Virus record (IMG/VR): IMGVR_UViG_3300008117_000018
Location: 47,419-111,418 of that record
Reading direction: 5' to 3' (one strand)
Length of the DNA: 64,000 nt
Source of the DNA: a virus
Position numbers and translations under genes: made by a program. The notes under the pieces were generated by a model that searched no databases, was not told the DNA's origin, and saw only the letters and a program-made list of their open reading frames with translations. This document shows positions 49,399 to 60,857 of the stretch, one piece after another. Each line of letters starts with the position of its first letter. Position 1 is the first letter of the stretch.

Positions 49399-50676
49399 TT
49401 ATAAATAAATTCTTTTAAATAATTTTATATTATCAACAGCAAAAGGAGGATTGTTTCCAGTACCAAAATCATTTGACCAACCAAATACTAGTCTTTTTGT
49501 TTGACCCTTATACCCGTTAAGTAAAATTAGTTCCTGTCGCCAGAAACTATCCGGACCTCCATATCCACTATTAAATTTACCAAGATTAGTAGTAGCACCA
49601 ATTCGACCATTATTTGTAGGCGCTGAGGTTGGAGTGGCCTGAGTATTTGTTAAATCAGTACCAGCAACAGGAGTAGTCGAAGTAGCAACAATATGAACAG
49701 TACCATAATCATAACCAAGACTATTACCAGCAGCATTTTCACCATAACATTTCCAATCAAAACTAAGATAAAAATCTCCTGTTTCATTTGGTATTGTAAT
49801 ATCTTTATAAAAATGTGAAACTCTTGATGTTGGACCAGCTGTGTAAGCATGAGTCGTACCGTTTGTAGCTGAAATATATGCCGAAAATGTACCAGAGGAA
49901 CCAGTAGCAGCGGTTCCTACAAACCATTGGTTTACTGAATCATTTACTATTGTCCATGAATTAGTTGAGAATGTACCTGATGAAAATTCTTCATCTAAAA
50001 CATATGTAACTATTGCATCCTCCAACTTTAAAACTTGTAATGAAGCATTTTCAACTCGGTACCCTGATGTGACAGTCGAAGGTAGTCTATATCTTTTAGC
50101 AATAGAAATTCCTTGATTTGGTAAAATCTCAGTTATAATATTAGATTGAGCAACCATTTTAAAGTTAGCATACGTAGCTGAACTTCTCATCAACTCATTT
50201 GTAATACCTTTAGTTGGACTTATAGTTTTAGTACCAGATATCGGATAAAGAGTTGGCACCATTTCTATAGAGTGGGCATCTGTTATATTGACAAAAGTAG
50301 CTGATGACCTAATTAAATATTTACCAATACTACCTGGATCTGTAATTCTTAAACAACCATTAAACGAGGATGTGAAACCCAACATATCAGCATCATTTCT
50401 ATAACTTCCCGGACTTGTTCCACCAATCGAAGTAGAAGCGTCAAAATACCATGTTCCTGTTGTACTATCAGTGTCAGTAGTCACAGAAGATCCAGTAAAA
50501 TAAATACCACCATAATTAGGAGTTACTAAAATCTCCCAACCCGATGTATTATAAATAAAATATTTTCCACTTTCATTATCAAGCGCAATGACTCCGGTTG
50601 TTGCAGAATGTGTGGGCGCACCACTTACAACCTGATACAATACCGAACCAACTGAAATTTCATTTAATACTGGCAT
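49399..50676 (-). CDS. virion fibre/adhesin-like protein
   Basis: N-terminus paralogous to 50680..51297; C-terminal beta-sandwich with LSFDWK..GE...DY, KRLVFGWSND, AVDNI. Confidence 0.7.
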   Translation of the reverse strand: MPVLNEISVGSVLYQVVSGAPTHSATTGVIALDNESGKYFIYNTSGWEILVTPNYGGIYFTGSSVTTDTDSTTGTWYFDASTSIGGTSPGSYRNDADMLGFTSSFNGCLRITDPGSIGKYLIRSSATFVNITDAHSIEMVPTLYPISGTKTISPTKGITNELMRSSATYANFKMVAQSNIITEILPNQGISIAKRYRLPSTVTSGYRVENASLQVLKLEDAIVTYVLDEEFSSGTFSTNSWTIVNDSVNQWFVGTAATGSSGTFSAYISATNGTTHAYTAGPTSRVSHFYKDITIPNETGDFYLSFDWKCYGENAAGNSLGYDYGTVHIVATSTTPVAGTDLTNTQATPTSAPTNNGRIGATTNLGKFNSGYGGPDSFWRQELILLNGYKGQTKRLVFGWSNDFGTGNNPPFAVDNIKLFKRIYL

Positions 50677-50679
50677 ATT

Positions 50680-51297
50680 TTAATATATTTTTATAGCAGT
50701 AAGAGAAGCATGTCTTAAATTTACAGAAACAGTTGCTGTTGTGCATCTAACAACAGTAGATATAGTATCACTATCGGAAAGATTTAAATATCCAGAAACA
50801 TTTATATTCCTATAATCAGCAGGTGATAAAAATAAAACCGTTGCTGCTTGATACATGTTATTGGATGGAGTAGCACCATTTACTGAAACCCCAATTTCAT
50901 AAGTTTGATTTGAAGCAGGATTACCAATCGAACCATTAAGAGTTACAATATATTTACCTGATTTACCAGTCAAAACTTGAATAGATGAACTCGTTCCTGA
51001 TTGCGTAAAACCATTGAAGAAACCAGCATTAGACCAACTTAAGCTATTTGTAGGGACCCAAGTATTTGTAGTAGAGAAGGTTGTAGATACAGCATTTGCA
51101 TTCAAATATATTTCTCCATATCCTGGTTTTAATAATGGTTCCCATCCAGAGGCATTACCTGTCGAGTTGACCCAAGGAGTCCCTGTTGAAGTATCAGTAT
51201 ATAACGAACCCTTTGGTGAAATATGATCAGGGGTTCCATTACCACTTCCTAATTCAATAGAACCTAAAGATTTTGATATCAAATTGTTAGTAGGCAT
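50680..51297 (-). CDS. virion protein, possible C1q/BclA-C-like domain
   Basis: G.GTPDH..KGSLYTD; GKYIVTLNG...GYLNLSDSDTIS; start at MPTNN overlaps the upstream TAA (TAATG). Confidence 0.65.
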   Translation of the reverse strand: MPTNNLISKSLGSIELGSGNGTPDHISPKGSLYTDTSTGTPWVNSTGNASGWEPLLKPGYGEIYLNANAVSTTFSTTNTWVPTNSLSWSNAGFFNGFTQSGTSSSIQVLTGKSGKYIVTLNGSIGNPASNQTYEIGVSVNGATPSNNMYQAATVLFLSPADYRNINVSGYLNLSDSDTISTVVRCTTATVSVNLRHASLTAIKIY

Positions 51298-53663
51298 TAT
51301 ATAATTCGTTGATATTTTGTAATCCAATTAACGGTTTGTGAACTAGTACCAGTAACTTGTACAATCAAGTTTCCTGTCGAACATGTAAATGAAAGATTTG
51401 TTGGTATAAGACCGGATTGCTTATCTAATTGAGCATTACTCAAAACAACATTAGCTGTACCACTAAAGTTAGTAAGCACAAGCTCTCTTCTCCAAGCACC
51501 CCATATTGTATTACTACAAGTAGCAGTAACATAAACTTCTACTATACTAGTAAAACCTTGAGGCACCGAAATAGTTGCAGCATTTATTGTAGAACCTGTA
51601 GTAGTTTGAGCGGTAGTTGTCAATCTACTAGCGGTCCAACTACCATTTCCAGAACTATCAGAAACCATTATATACTCATTATCAGCACCATTAGTCATTC
51701 TAAATCCAGTAGAAGATACAGTACCAACAACCTCCAACTTATAATTTGGAGAAGCTGTACCAAAACCAACTAAATCTCCTAAAACATTTATAGAACCATC
51801 CTCTGTTCTAAAGTGAGGAGCTGCCTTTCCATCAACACCACCTCTATCCGCTGAATATAATTGAAAACCATCAATAAAATTACTTTCTGTAGGACTTTGA
51901 TTTACTGAACTAGAAGTACTGCTATATAAATTTAGAGCATTATCAGGTGACAATTTCATCTGAAGATTAGAAAGTAAAGCTGAATTTTTATGCCACATAA
52001 AACCAGCATTAAATCCATCACGTGCAGTATTCGTACCATAATACAAAGTTGGATTCACAAAATGCATCCTATAAGGCACGTTATTTGCATCAACAAAAGA
52101 AGAATGTTGAAATAAAAATGTGTTATCACTATAAGTTCCAGTATTGGACCTTCTAGTTAAAGATATTTGACAATCACCAGATGTGCTGTAACCAGTATCA
52201 AATATCAATCTATTGTTATTATAACCAGCTATAGATATATCTCTTGTACCAATATCTGTTCTATTTCCAACTTTTAGATTACCATTTCCAGTAAACTCTA
52301 ATAGATTTAAATCATTTGCAGCATTTCTAATAATTAATGGTAAGTCCGTAGATGATGAACCCGTCGCGATTATAGTCAAATGTGCACCACTTCCAGTACC
52401 AGAACCAATTCCTAATTGGACAACATTTGTTGTGCTATTAAAAGTCAATCTTTGACTTTGTTGAACAAAATTACCAGATTGAAATAATAACTGATTATTT
52501 GTACCTCCAATTACTGATGTTGTTCCAATAACTATAGGGGTTGTAGCAATAGCTGATGAAGTCCAAGTTGCCAATCCAGTTGAATCCGAAATTAAATAAA
52601 AACCACTAGAAGCACCATCTGTTATCTTAAGTGTTTTTCCTGTAAACTGACCAGCAGTAACATTTGAGTAAGTTATTCGGTTAACAGGACCAATACTAAT
52701 ATGGTCATTAGTAGTTGAAGCAAAGGTCCACTCATCTGAATTTTCATCCCAATAAAAAGCCTGAGTAGCACCGGTTCCTCTATCAATAAAAATACCAGAA
52801 TCTAACGCAGGCGTTGATTGACTATGTGACAACACGATAATTGAATCACCAACTATTAAATTCGATGTATTAATAGTAGAAGAAGAACCTAAAATTGAAA
52901 AAGAACCAGTGACTAGTAAATCTCCTTGTATGTTAAGTAGATTACCATCAAAGGTCAAATTTACTTCCGCATTAGCTGAGTTAGAAGTACCATCTGATGT
53001 TAAAATTCTATTATTTGAAAAATTAGAAATTGTGTTAAATCCTGTTCCAGAAGTACCAGCGGTACCACTAGATCCACTAGAACCGGATGTTCCTGATGAA
53101 CCAGAAGTGCCGGAGGTACCAGACGAACCACTAGTTCCAGAAGTTCCACTAGTTCCAGAAGTTCCACTAAAACCAGAGGTTCCAGAAGTACCAACTGAAC
53201 CAATAGAAACAGATGAACCTAACAATCTTAACGAGTCTGTGCTCGTAGGTGCCGGTCTATCAACATCTATAGATAAGGCTGTACCAGAAATAGTATAATC
53301 AATCGATGATTGCATTAATTGACCATTGATAAAAAATAGATTTGATGGATACAACAATGGATAAGCTAATACAAAGTTTTTGTTTACACCATTTTGTGTT
53401 CCAGATATCGGTATTTCTATAATACTTTGAGTAGCAACCAAAGACTGAGTCCATGTTGCCAAACCAGTACCATCAGAAGTTAAAACATATCCAGATTGTT
53501 GATTACCATCAACAATCTTTATTTTACCAACTAAAGAAAAAACATCGCTATTTTGGTCCCAACTTAGCTTGTTTACATCTTCACTAACCGAACTTCCAGT
53601 TCCCAAAAAAAGTATGGAACCTTGAGAAGCTCCTCGTAGTTGTTTAATATCAATTTGAGCCAT
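51297..53663 (-). CDS. tail fibre-like protein with short GTS repeat
   Basis: Three L.SD..G..TW-like modules, (GTS/GSS)n block, VGFGTASPNYKLEV.G motif. Confidence 0.75.
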   Translation of the reverse strand: MAQIDIKQLRGASQGSILFLGTGSSVSEDVNKLSWDQNSDVFSLVGKIKIVDGNQQSGYVLTSDGTGLATWTQSLVATQSIIEIPISGTQNGVNKNFVLAYPLLYPSNLFFINGQLMQSSIDYTISGTALSIDVDRPAPTSTDSLRLLGSSVSIGSVGTSGTSGFSGTSGTSGTSGTSGSSGTSGTSGSSGTSGSSGSSGTAGTSGTGFNTISNFSNNRILTSDGTSNSANAEVNLTFDGNLLNIQGDLLVTGSFSILGSSSTINTSNLIVGDSIIVLSHSQSTPALDSGIFIDRGTGATQAFYWDENSDEWTFASTTNDHISIGPVNRITYSNVTAGQFTGKTLKITDGASSGFYLISDSTGLATWTSSAIATTPIVIGTTSVIGGTNNQLLFQSGNFVQQSQRLTFNSTTNVVQLGIGSGTGSGAHLTIIATGSSSTDLPLIIRNAANDLNLLEFTGNGNLKVGNRTDIGTRDISIAGYNNNRLIFDTGYSTSGDCQISLTRRSNTGTYSDNTFLFQHSSFVDANNVPYRMHFVNPTLYYGTNTARDGFNAGFMWHKNSALLSNLQMKLSPDNALNLYSSTSSSVNQSPTESNFIDGFQLYSADRGGVDGKAAPHFRTEDGSINVLGDLVGFGTASPNYKLEVVGTVSSTGFRMTNGADNEYIMVSDSSGNGSWTASRLTTTAQTTTGSTINAATISVPQGFTSIVEVYVTATCSNTIWGAWRRELVLTNFSGTANVVLSNAQLDKQSGLIPTNLSFTCSTGNLIVQVTGTSSQTVNWITKYQRII

Positions 53664-53730
53664 TAACGACTAATAAATTTTTTCACTTATCTATATATTA
53701 AAACAATTTATCCTATTTTGAACGAAGCAC

Positions 53731-53760
53731 AAAAAAAGGAGTAAGTTTTCTTACTCCTTT
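53731..53760 (-). terminator. intrinsic terminator
   Basis: AAAGGAGTAAG-TTTT-CTTACTCCTTT preceded by an A-run. Confidence 0.8.
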
Positions 53761-53773
53761 CTAATATTTATTA

Positions 53774-56539
53774 TTAAGATTCATAAACTATATCTATAAC
53801 ATCAGTAGTAGATAAATCATATCCAGCAACTAATCCGTTCCAGTATAGTTGTTGACCGGCTACAATATCTACAAAAGCCTCAGCAACTGAAGCAGTTGAA
53901 GAAATATAACAATCTACTAAAGAAGCTGTACCATTACCTAATCTTTGTAACTGACCATTAACATAAACTTGTATTCTTGAGTAATCATTAGGTGTTGATG
54001 ATAATAAAACTGCAGTAGGAGAATCATCACCAGTTGTAACAGAAGCATTTGTTCTATCATATACAGGTTGTGAAGCACCAGCAATTACTGATAATACGCC
54101 ACCTGAGAAAGTAAGACCAGTACCAGCTATTGTTGGAGAAACCTCTACATTATTACTATTAATAGTAAGTCCATTTGCAACATTCACATCTAAAGTTATA
54201 AAACCAGACGTACCACCACCTGATAGACCACTACCCGCAGTAACTCCTGTTATGAAATCACCATTTATTGAATCAATAGCATTCCAGATTGAAGCAGTTC
54301 CAGCATCAACATAACCTTTAGAAACAAGTGAATAACTGACAAATGTACCAGAATAATCTGATGTATATACCAATCCTTTTTGATTTGATGTTGTGATTGA
54401 ACCAGTTGCCGTATTCACCGTAAACTCGTTAGTAGAAATAATATCCACACTACCAGTTGCGTATATAGTCACATCACCACCATACATATCTATAGATCCA
54501 GAATTACCAACATCCACTAAAAATAATCCATTATCTAATTGAACATCAACAGTAGAACCAGTAAGAGTAAGTATATCAAAATCTTGTATAGTTAAATCAT
54601 ATCCATCAGAATTTAAGAAAGTATCTTGAATTAGATTTCCTCCTAATCCTAAAAACCCTGGAGCAATTTCAGTTAAACCATTTGTTGCCCCAACTCCAGA
54701 TACAGCAGAGTCAACATAAGCCTTAGTAACCAATGAGAATGTAGTAAAGTTAGCCGTATAATCTCCTTCATATACAAGTCCTTTATTAGCTATGTTATCT
54801 TTTATTAACAAATAGTTACCAGTAGAACCATCAATACCACCTAAAGTCTGAGAGTCATTAGTAACTCTAATTGAGTTAGCAATTCCATTAGACTCTGAAT
54901 TCAATGATGAATCGTTGTATGTTGTTTTTATAACAGAGAATGTAGCAACATCACCAGATTTTAAAGAAGCGATTACATTTGTAATTTGTAATTTATTTTC
55001 AGCATTTGGAATACCACTTTCAACTTTGACATCAGCTCCATTGGATGCGGTAAATGTAAGAGACCCAATATTTTCTATTGTAAAATCATTAGTTGCTGCT
55101 TGTATCTTAGTAGTTTGACTTAAAGTACCACCTAAATAAACTTTATCAGATACTATTTCAAGTCCGTTTCCAACGTTAACAGAAAGTACTCCACCACTTG
55201 CTGATAAACCAGCTCCGGCTAAATTACCTGCGAACCCCGATGTATCAATAAATATTTGAGAGCCATTTTGTGTCAATCCAGTTCCAGTAATAGAATTAAA
55301 ATCTATTGATATAGCATTTCCATTCTGCGTAAGACCTGTGCTTGTAATATCATTGAAATTGACTGACAATTGATTACCCGACTTTGTAAGTCCAGTACCA
55401 GCTTCTGTAATTATTGATGAAACAGAACCAGAAAAACCAGCAGACCACAATGATGTAGTATTATCCCAAATTAAAGCGGCATATGTTCCACCACCTAAGT
55501 TTGCTTCAATACCTGTATTTAATGCATTATAAGGACCAGAATAAGTCGCATTTAATGTAAGGATATTATCTTGAACTAAAATTGTCTCTGTACTTATGTA
55601 AGAAACCGTTCCATTAACGGTTAAATCTCCATTAATAGTTACAGAATCTTGAAAAGTTCTATCACCTGTAATAGTATCTTTTAATCTAATTGAATCTAAA
55701 TTTATCTCTAATGAATCAGAATTAACATTAACGTCTAAAGCCGAACCATTATCTGTTAAACCATCACCAGCTAGTGTTGAGGTAATTTCAGAAGTATTAA
55801 CACTAAGAACACCAGTTGTGAAATCTAATCCATTTCCAGCCAAAGATGAATCTATTATAATATCGTTTCCTGAAAATGTTAATCCTGAATTTGCTCCTAA
55901 ATTCACACTCAATGTGATAGCTCCTTGTGTTCCACCTCCACTTAGACCACTACCAGCAGTTACACCAGTTATACTACCTAAACCTGTTGATGTAAAATCA
56001 GACAATGTGTCTCCAACATAAACATACAGGGCAATAGATGAAGGCGCACCTCCAGTGACGTCTTGTTGAAAGAACACACCTGAGTTATATTGGTAAATCC
56101 AGTTTCTAGCATCACCAGGAGGTATCAAAGAAGCACCAGTATAAGGTTTAGCCTCAAAAGTCAAACCATATGAAGGCGGAATACCATTTCTTACTCTAGA
56201 TCCAGTTGTTATTCCAGATAAAACACCAGAACCATAAGCATATGGTAAAGATGTTATAGGGTCGGTTCCGGATGGTGCTGCAACCGGCCAACTTGCAAAA
56301 TAACCTCGACCATTTGAAGTTCCATCAAGAGTCAAACTAGCAGTTACTCCGATAGCCACACCCTGACTAACCGCAATACTTGCAGTTCCTGGTATGTCAT
56401 TTACCCATATATTAGACGAATCTAAGTTAAAAAATATACCTTCCGCTTCGTTGTCAACACCTTTAATTGTGTCAGTCATCGATTTACCTAAGATATTCTT
56501 AAGAGCTATTGCCGCTTGTGTAGATGATGTTAAACTCAT
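53774..56539 (-). CDS. large virion fibre/structural protein
   Basis: 921 aa; ITGVTAGSGLSGGG twice and many AGxGL beta repeats. Confidence 0.75.
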   Translation of the reverse strand: MSLTSSTQAAIALKNILGKSMTDTIKGVDNEAEGIFFNLDSSNIWVNDIPGTASIAVSQGVAIGVTASLTLDGTSNGRGYFASWPVAAPSGTDPITSLPYAYGSGVLSGITTGSRVRNGIPPSYGLTFEAKPYTGASLIPPGDARNWIYQYNSGVFFQQDVTGGAPSSIALYVYVGDTLSDFTSTGLGSITGVTAGSGLSGGGTQGAITLSVNLGANSGLTFSGNDIIIDSSLAGNGLDFTTGVLSVNTSEITSTLAGDGLTDNGSALDVNVNSDSLEINLDSIRLKDTITGDRTFQDSVTINGDLTVNGTVSYISTETILVQDNILTLNATYSGPYNALNTGIEANLGGGTYAALIWDNTTSLWSAGFSGSVSSIITEAGTGLTKSGNQLSVNFNDITSTGLTQNGNAISIDFNSITGTGLTQNGSQIFIDTSGFAGNLAGAGLSASGGVLSVNVGNGLEIVSDKVYLGGTLSQTTKIQAATNDFTIENIGSLTFTASNGADVKVESGIPNAENKLQITNVIASLKSGDVATFSVIKTTYNDSSLNSESNGIANSIRVTNDSQTLGGIDGSTGNYLLIKDNIANKGLVYEGDYTANFTTFSLVTKAYVDSAVSGVGATNGLTEIAPGFLGLGGNLIQDTFLNSDGYDLTIQDFDILTLTGSTVDVQLDNGLFLVDVGNSGSIDMYGGDVTIYATGSVDIISTNEFTVNTATGSITTSNQKGLVYTSDYSGTFVSYSLVSKGYVDAGTASIWNAIDSINGDFITGVTAGSGLSGGGTSGFITLDVNVANGLTINSNNVEVSPTIAGTGLTFSGGVLSVIAGASQPVYDRTNASVTTGDDSPTAVLLSSTPNDYSRIQVYVNGQLQRLGNGTASLVDCYISSTASVAEAFVDIVAGQQLYWNGLVAGYDLSTTDVIDIVYES

Positions 56540-56567
56540 TTTTTATATTTATTTTTTCATTTTATTT

Positions 56568-59192
56568 TTAAGAATAATTAAACGTTATACCAGTAAACGA
56601 ACCACTAAACGATGGACCAACGGTGATTCTAATCAACATAATTCCGTTAGTGTTTGCTGTATTTTTTGTTCCTATATTTAATCCCCAGTTAGTATTAAAT
56701 GCTCTACCAGCACCAGTAGCATTATTTCTCACACCATCACCATCATTCCATTGACCGGTAAGAAAATCATTGTAAGCATCTAACCAACCAGTCTCAGCAG
56801 AAGAAGCACCAGGAGCTTTAATTTCTACCCAGATGTAATTTCCTGTTAGAGGGGTAGATTTAGCAACAAATGTACCACCAGAACCTAGTATCTGCATTAC
56901 AAAGTTTGCAGTCGTTGGAGATACCTGTCTAAACCATCTAACATATTGTCTATTACCAGTGGCTCCTGAATAATCAGTTGCTAAATTTCCGAAATTAGCA
57001 TTTGATGTCAACACACCAGGTGTGCTAAAGTTTGTAGTCGGATATATTAAAGTACTATTGTAAACTTGTAATCCGTCATTGTAACCAGAACCACCAGATA
57101 TTAATGATTGGGTTGAATCCCAAGCATTAGATGTAGTAGAACCATATGTATCATATTGATTTCCAACATACGTACCAACTAATCTGTATCTTTCATCATC
57201 AAATCCCTCACAAGTTGTACCAACAGCGGTTGAAGAAGCAGCAACGTTGTCTAAATAGACATTTGTCACCGACACAGCACCACCTGTCGAGTTACCCTGA
57301 ATAGTTCTTTTAGCATTTACACTCAACGAAATTGATTCATTTAATCTTCGTTTTGCTAAAGAGATGATGTTAAAAGTAGCAGGAGCATTATTCTGATCAG
57401 AATTTGATATTTTGAATTGTTTTGCTTCGTTACCACCAGAAGCTGCTAATGAATATTGTGTTGAAACTGTCAATATTGGAGTAGTTGCTCCAGTACTTGT
57501 TTCATTAAATGTGATAGCATCAGCACCTGAATAATATGTATTTCTGTATAAGTTGTCTATAGTAACATCATAACTAACAGTACCACCTGTATAATAATTG
57601 ATACCTGATAGATACTTGCTACCTGTTAATGTGTAACCAGTGATAGTTGCTCCCGAAATTGATGTAGCAGTAGTATCACCATCAATAATAAATTCATATC
57701 TTGTTAATGTTCTTGTGAAACTTGGAGCGTTATCATGAACTACATATACATAGTTATAACCATAAACTATATCAGGATCATTACCTCTTAATAACCAAGT
57801 TCCAGTTCTATTCCAAAATTGCTCAAAAACAGCACCTTGTGGGAACTTAGAAGCAGTAGCAGCACCTACACTGAAACCAGTCGTTGTACCACCAGTCGTT
57901 GTATTCTGAGCCGCTAAGTTAGATAGTGTTATTGTTGCTGATGTTTTTTCAACTCCGTTAACGTACATTTTTAACGTTCCTACGTTAGCATCTCCAAAAG
58001 TATCAGCACCATATGCGGGTGTTGGTGTAGTAGTACTAGCAGACACTTGATCATTTAATGTTCCAGAAATATTTCCAGAAGCACTAGCAGAAATTGCTAA
58101 TCGTTTTCCAGTCGCAGTCCAAGTTCCATCTACTGAAATAGGTGAAGAAGGTGCGAAAGTAGCACTGATATAATTAAATCCAGATATTGGATTATTACCA
58201 TCAAAACTCAATTTACCATTAGCCAAAGTTCCAGCTTTACTACCAGTCCAATCAGATAAGTCCGGAGCATCAGGTGGAACCAACGCACTTAATAATTCGT
58301 TGATATTATCTACTGCATGACCTATTGGTGTTGAGTTAGTAAAACTAAATACACCATCAGCATAAGTTCCGTCTTCAGCTGGACCAATTGCAACCGTTGT
58401 AGAGCCACTTGTCAAATCTAAAGAAACCGTTCCAGCATTTGTCAATCTACCCTGTGTGTCTACGGTAAATGTTGGTATCTGAGTTGATGAACCATAACTA
58501 CCTGCAGTAACACCTGTCGTACTTAATTGTAATGTATCAGATGATATCGTTAAACCAGTAGAAGAGGATAAACCAACATTTATATGAAATTCATTTCCAA
58601 CTTGAATCAAACCATCTCCAGGTGTTATAACACCTGCAGAAGAAAACTGAACCCAATGTTGTGACTCGGTACCTACTAATATGTTAAAATCAGAAGAGTC
58701 TGATACATTCAAAACCCAACCTGAACCAGAATATAAATCACCATTTCCTACAAAAACGAAATCACCAATCTGAACCTCACCTATTGTTGGAAGACCATCA
58801 GCATCTAAAGATCTTGACCAAGTTCCTGTTGCAACTACATAAATACCGTTTGATGCAGTAGGGTTAGAATTATCTTGACCATTTACTAAAACTCTTTCAC
58901 CAACTTCGACATCATGATTATCAATTGATTGTGTTCCCGATAAAGTTATAGGTGAATTAGATACAACATGAACAGACTCTTTGATATTAAGACCTTGAGC
59001 AACAGCATCAACATAGTTTTTATTAACTACGTCATGACCCACAAGTATATTTTCGTCTGCTTGTCTTAATGTAGACCCAGCATTAAAGCTCATTGTAGCC
59101 GCTGTTGTAAAGGTTACTAGACCATTAAGTCCACTAACTTTGTTTAGTGATAGAGAGGAGTCTCTAAGTTGTTTTCCATCAAGTAGTGACAT
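56568..59192 (-). CDS. large virion structural protein
   Basis: 874 aa; VNKNYVDA motif and a GERVLVNGQ...NGIYVV...WSRSLD domain shared with 47851..49308. Confidence 0.75.
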   Translation of the reverse strand: MSLLDGKQLRDSSLSLNKVSGLNGLVTFTTAATMSFNAGSTLRQADENILVGHDVVNKNYVDAVAQGLNIKESVHVVSNSPITLSGTQSIDNHDVEVGERVLVNGQDNSNPTASNGIYVVATGTWSRSLDADGLPTIGEVQIGDFVFVGNGDLYSGSGWVLNVSDSSDFNILVGTESQHWVQFSSAGVITPGDGLIQVGNEFHINVGLSSSTGLTISSDTLQLSTTGVTAGSYGSSTQIPTFTVDTQGRLTNAGTVSLDLTSGSTTVAIGPAEDGTYADGVFSFTNSTPIGHAVDNINELLSALVPPDAPDLSDWTGSKAGTLANGKLSFDGNNPISGFNYISATFAPSSPISVDGTWTATGKRLAISASASGNISGTLNDQVSASTTTPTPAYGADTFGDANVGTLKMYVNGVEKTSATITLSNLAAQNTTTGGTTTGFSVGAATASKFPQGAVFEQFWNRTGTWLLRGNDPDIVYGYNYVYVVHDNAPSFTRTLTRYEFIIDGDTTATSISGATITGYTLTGSKYLSGINYYTGGTVSYDVTIDNLYRNTYYSGADAITFNETSTGATTPILTVSTQYSLAASGGNEAKQFKISNSDQNNAPATFNIISLAKRRLNESISLSVNAKRTIQGNSTGGAVSVTNVYLDNVAASSTAVGTTCEGFDDERYRLVGTYVGNQYDTYGSTTSNAWDSTQSLISGGSGYNDGLQVYNSTLIYPTTNFSTPGVLTSNANFGNLATDYSGATGNRQYVRWFRQVSPTTANFVMQILGSGGTFVAKSTPLTGNYIWVEIKAPGASSAETGWLDAYNDFLTGQWNDGDGVRNNATGAGRAFNTNWGLNIGTKNTANTNGIMLIRITVGPSFSGSFTGITFNYS

Positions 59193-59248
59193 ATTTTATT
59201 TTATTTTTTTAATTTTCTTATATATTATATTTTTAATCTCTAAAATTT

Positions 59249-60829
59249 CTAATTTATATAATAAAGTGAAATTCTCCATGTTGAATAAAGATCGGTTCCA
59301 ACGAAATTACCATTCCAATAAAGAGCATCACCTGATTGTACATTTATTTTTGATGTGACTCCACCGTCGTCACTGAAATAACAAGGAACACTTGTTGTAG
59401 TTCCATAACCTACTTCAAATTCTTGACCATTAACAAATACTCCTACATAACCACCAGGTAAAGGTGTCTGTGAAATAGTTAAACCAGTAAATTGCCCATC
59501 ACCATTTGTTGTAAAAGCCATTTGAAAGTTCTTATCACTAGAAGTAAGTGTACCAGAAGTTTGAGAAGGATCCAACCAATTAAATTTTCCTGCATTATCT
59601 ACAGATAAAATGTATCCAGCAGTAGCACCACCATTTGTTCCTGTATCTAATTTTGAAGCAGTTAATGAACCATCCTTAACTATTGCAGACACAGATAATC
59701 CCATAATTGTGTTTTCTTGTGTAAAGTCTATAGTTTCAGAATCATTAAATGAAGTAGTCAACCCTGTATTTAGTGTAATAAAAGCTAAACTTCCGCTATT
59801 TGAAATAGTACCTCCTGATAAGTATAATGAACCATTTACTACAATGATTTGACCATAATTGACTAATGTTCCAGCAATTGTTAAATCAGAATATACCCAA
59901 TATTGATAATAAGGTGGAACAACTATGTAATCGGTAGGTTCAATGTAATATTTTACATTAAATAAATCTTCGTTTACAAAAGGTCTATTCAATTGAAAAT
60001 CTACACCATCATAAACAACAGTATAAACAACATTAGCTTGTATATCCGATGGTAAGAGATCCACTACGCCAGAAGGAGTTGGTTTTTTTATGTAAGCAGA
60101 GCCCAAAGAATTTATATTTAAAGATGCGGTTGTTCCAACATTTTGAGCTGAAAATTTGACTAAAAAAACTGAATCTTGATTATAATTACTGATTGGAGGT
60201 GTTGTAGTTGCAATATAATCAACACCATTACTTGTCGAAGCAGCTAAATTTCTTACTTGACCAAGTTTTTCTTTTTGCCAAGCACCAGTGGGAAAATTAC
60301 CTTCATATTTATAAATTGAGTTATCTTCATCATCTACTCTCACAGACATTCCATCTTTAGGAACAGTCAAAGTCCAAGTTGAAGAGTTCCATTCTGCTAC
60401 TTGCGAAGAAGTAAACGAACTCCATTGAGCACCCGACAATACTATAGATGAATCAATTCCTAATAAATATCTATCTCCAATTGAAGGAGACCCAGGCTGA
60501 GAAAAAGCAACAGAAATAACGGAATCAATCCATTCGGTTCCCCCACCACCACCAGATCCTCCAGAACCACTGAATTCTTTCCAATTGGAGTTATCCATGA
60601 TACTAGTGGAAACAAAATTATATGTTAATTGATATGTTTTATTATCACTTTGAACATAACACATCATACCCCATTCTCTTCTTTCAAAAATAATTGCATT
60701 CCGTGTTGTTATATCTATAGCAGTGTGTAGACCACCACGAATTTCAGTAGCAAATGCGGATGCTATTGGATCTAACGAGTCGTTAGGTCTTATCGCTGAT
60801 GATATTAATGTTCCTACGTTTTTAGCCAT
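59249..60829 (-). CDS. virion structural protein
   Basis: 526 aa; C-terminal VFVNGQ...CYFS...LYWNG...G.DL domain shared with 53774..56539. Confidence 0.75.
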   Translation of the reverse strand: MAKNVGTLISSAIRPNDSLDPIASAFATEIRGGLHTAIDITTRNAIIFERREWGMMCYVQSDNKTYQLTYNFVSTSIMDNSNWKEFSGSGGSGGGGGTEWIDSVISVAFSQPGSPSIGDRYLLGIDSSIVLSGAQWSSFTSSQVAEWNSSTWTLTVPKDGMSVRVDDEDNSIYKYEGNFPTGAWQKEKLGQVRNLAASTSNGVDYIATTTPPISNYNQDSVFLVKFSAQNVGTTASLNINSLGSAYIKKPTPSGVVDLLPSDIQANVVYTVVYDGVDFQLNRPFVNEDLFNVKYYIEPTDYIVVPPYYQYWVYSDLTIAGTLVNYGQIIVVNGSLYLSGGTISNSGSLAFITLNTGLTTSFNDSETIDFTQENTIMGLSVSAIVKDGSLTASKLDTGTNGGATAGYILSVDNAGKFNWLDPSQTSGTLTSSDKNFQMAFTTNGDGQFTGLTISQTPLPGGYVGVFVNGQEFEVGYGTTTSVPCYFSDDGGVTSKINVQSGDALYWNGNFVGTDLYSTWRISLYYIN

Positions 60830-60857
60830 TTAACATTTATTTTTCTTTTTTATATAT

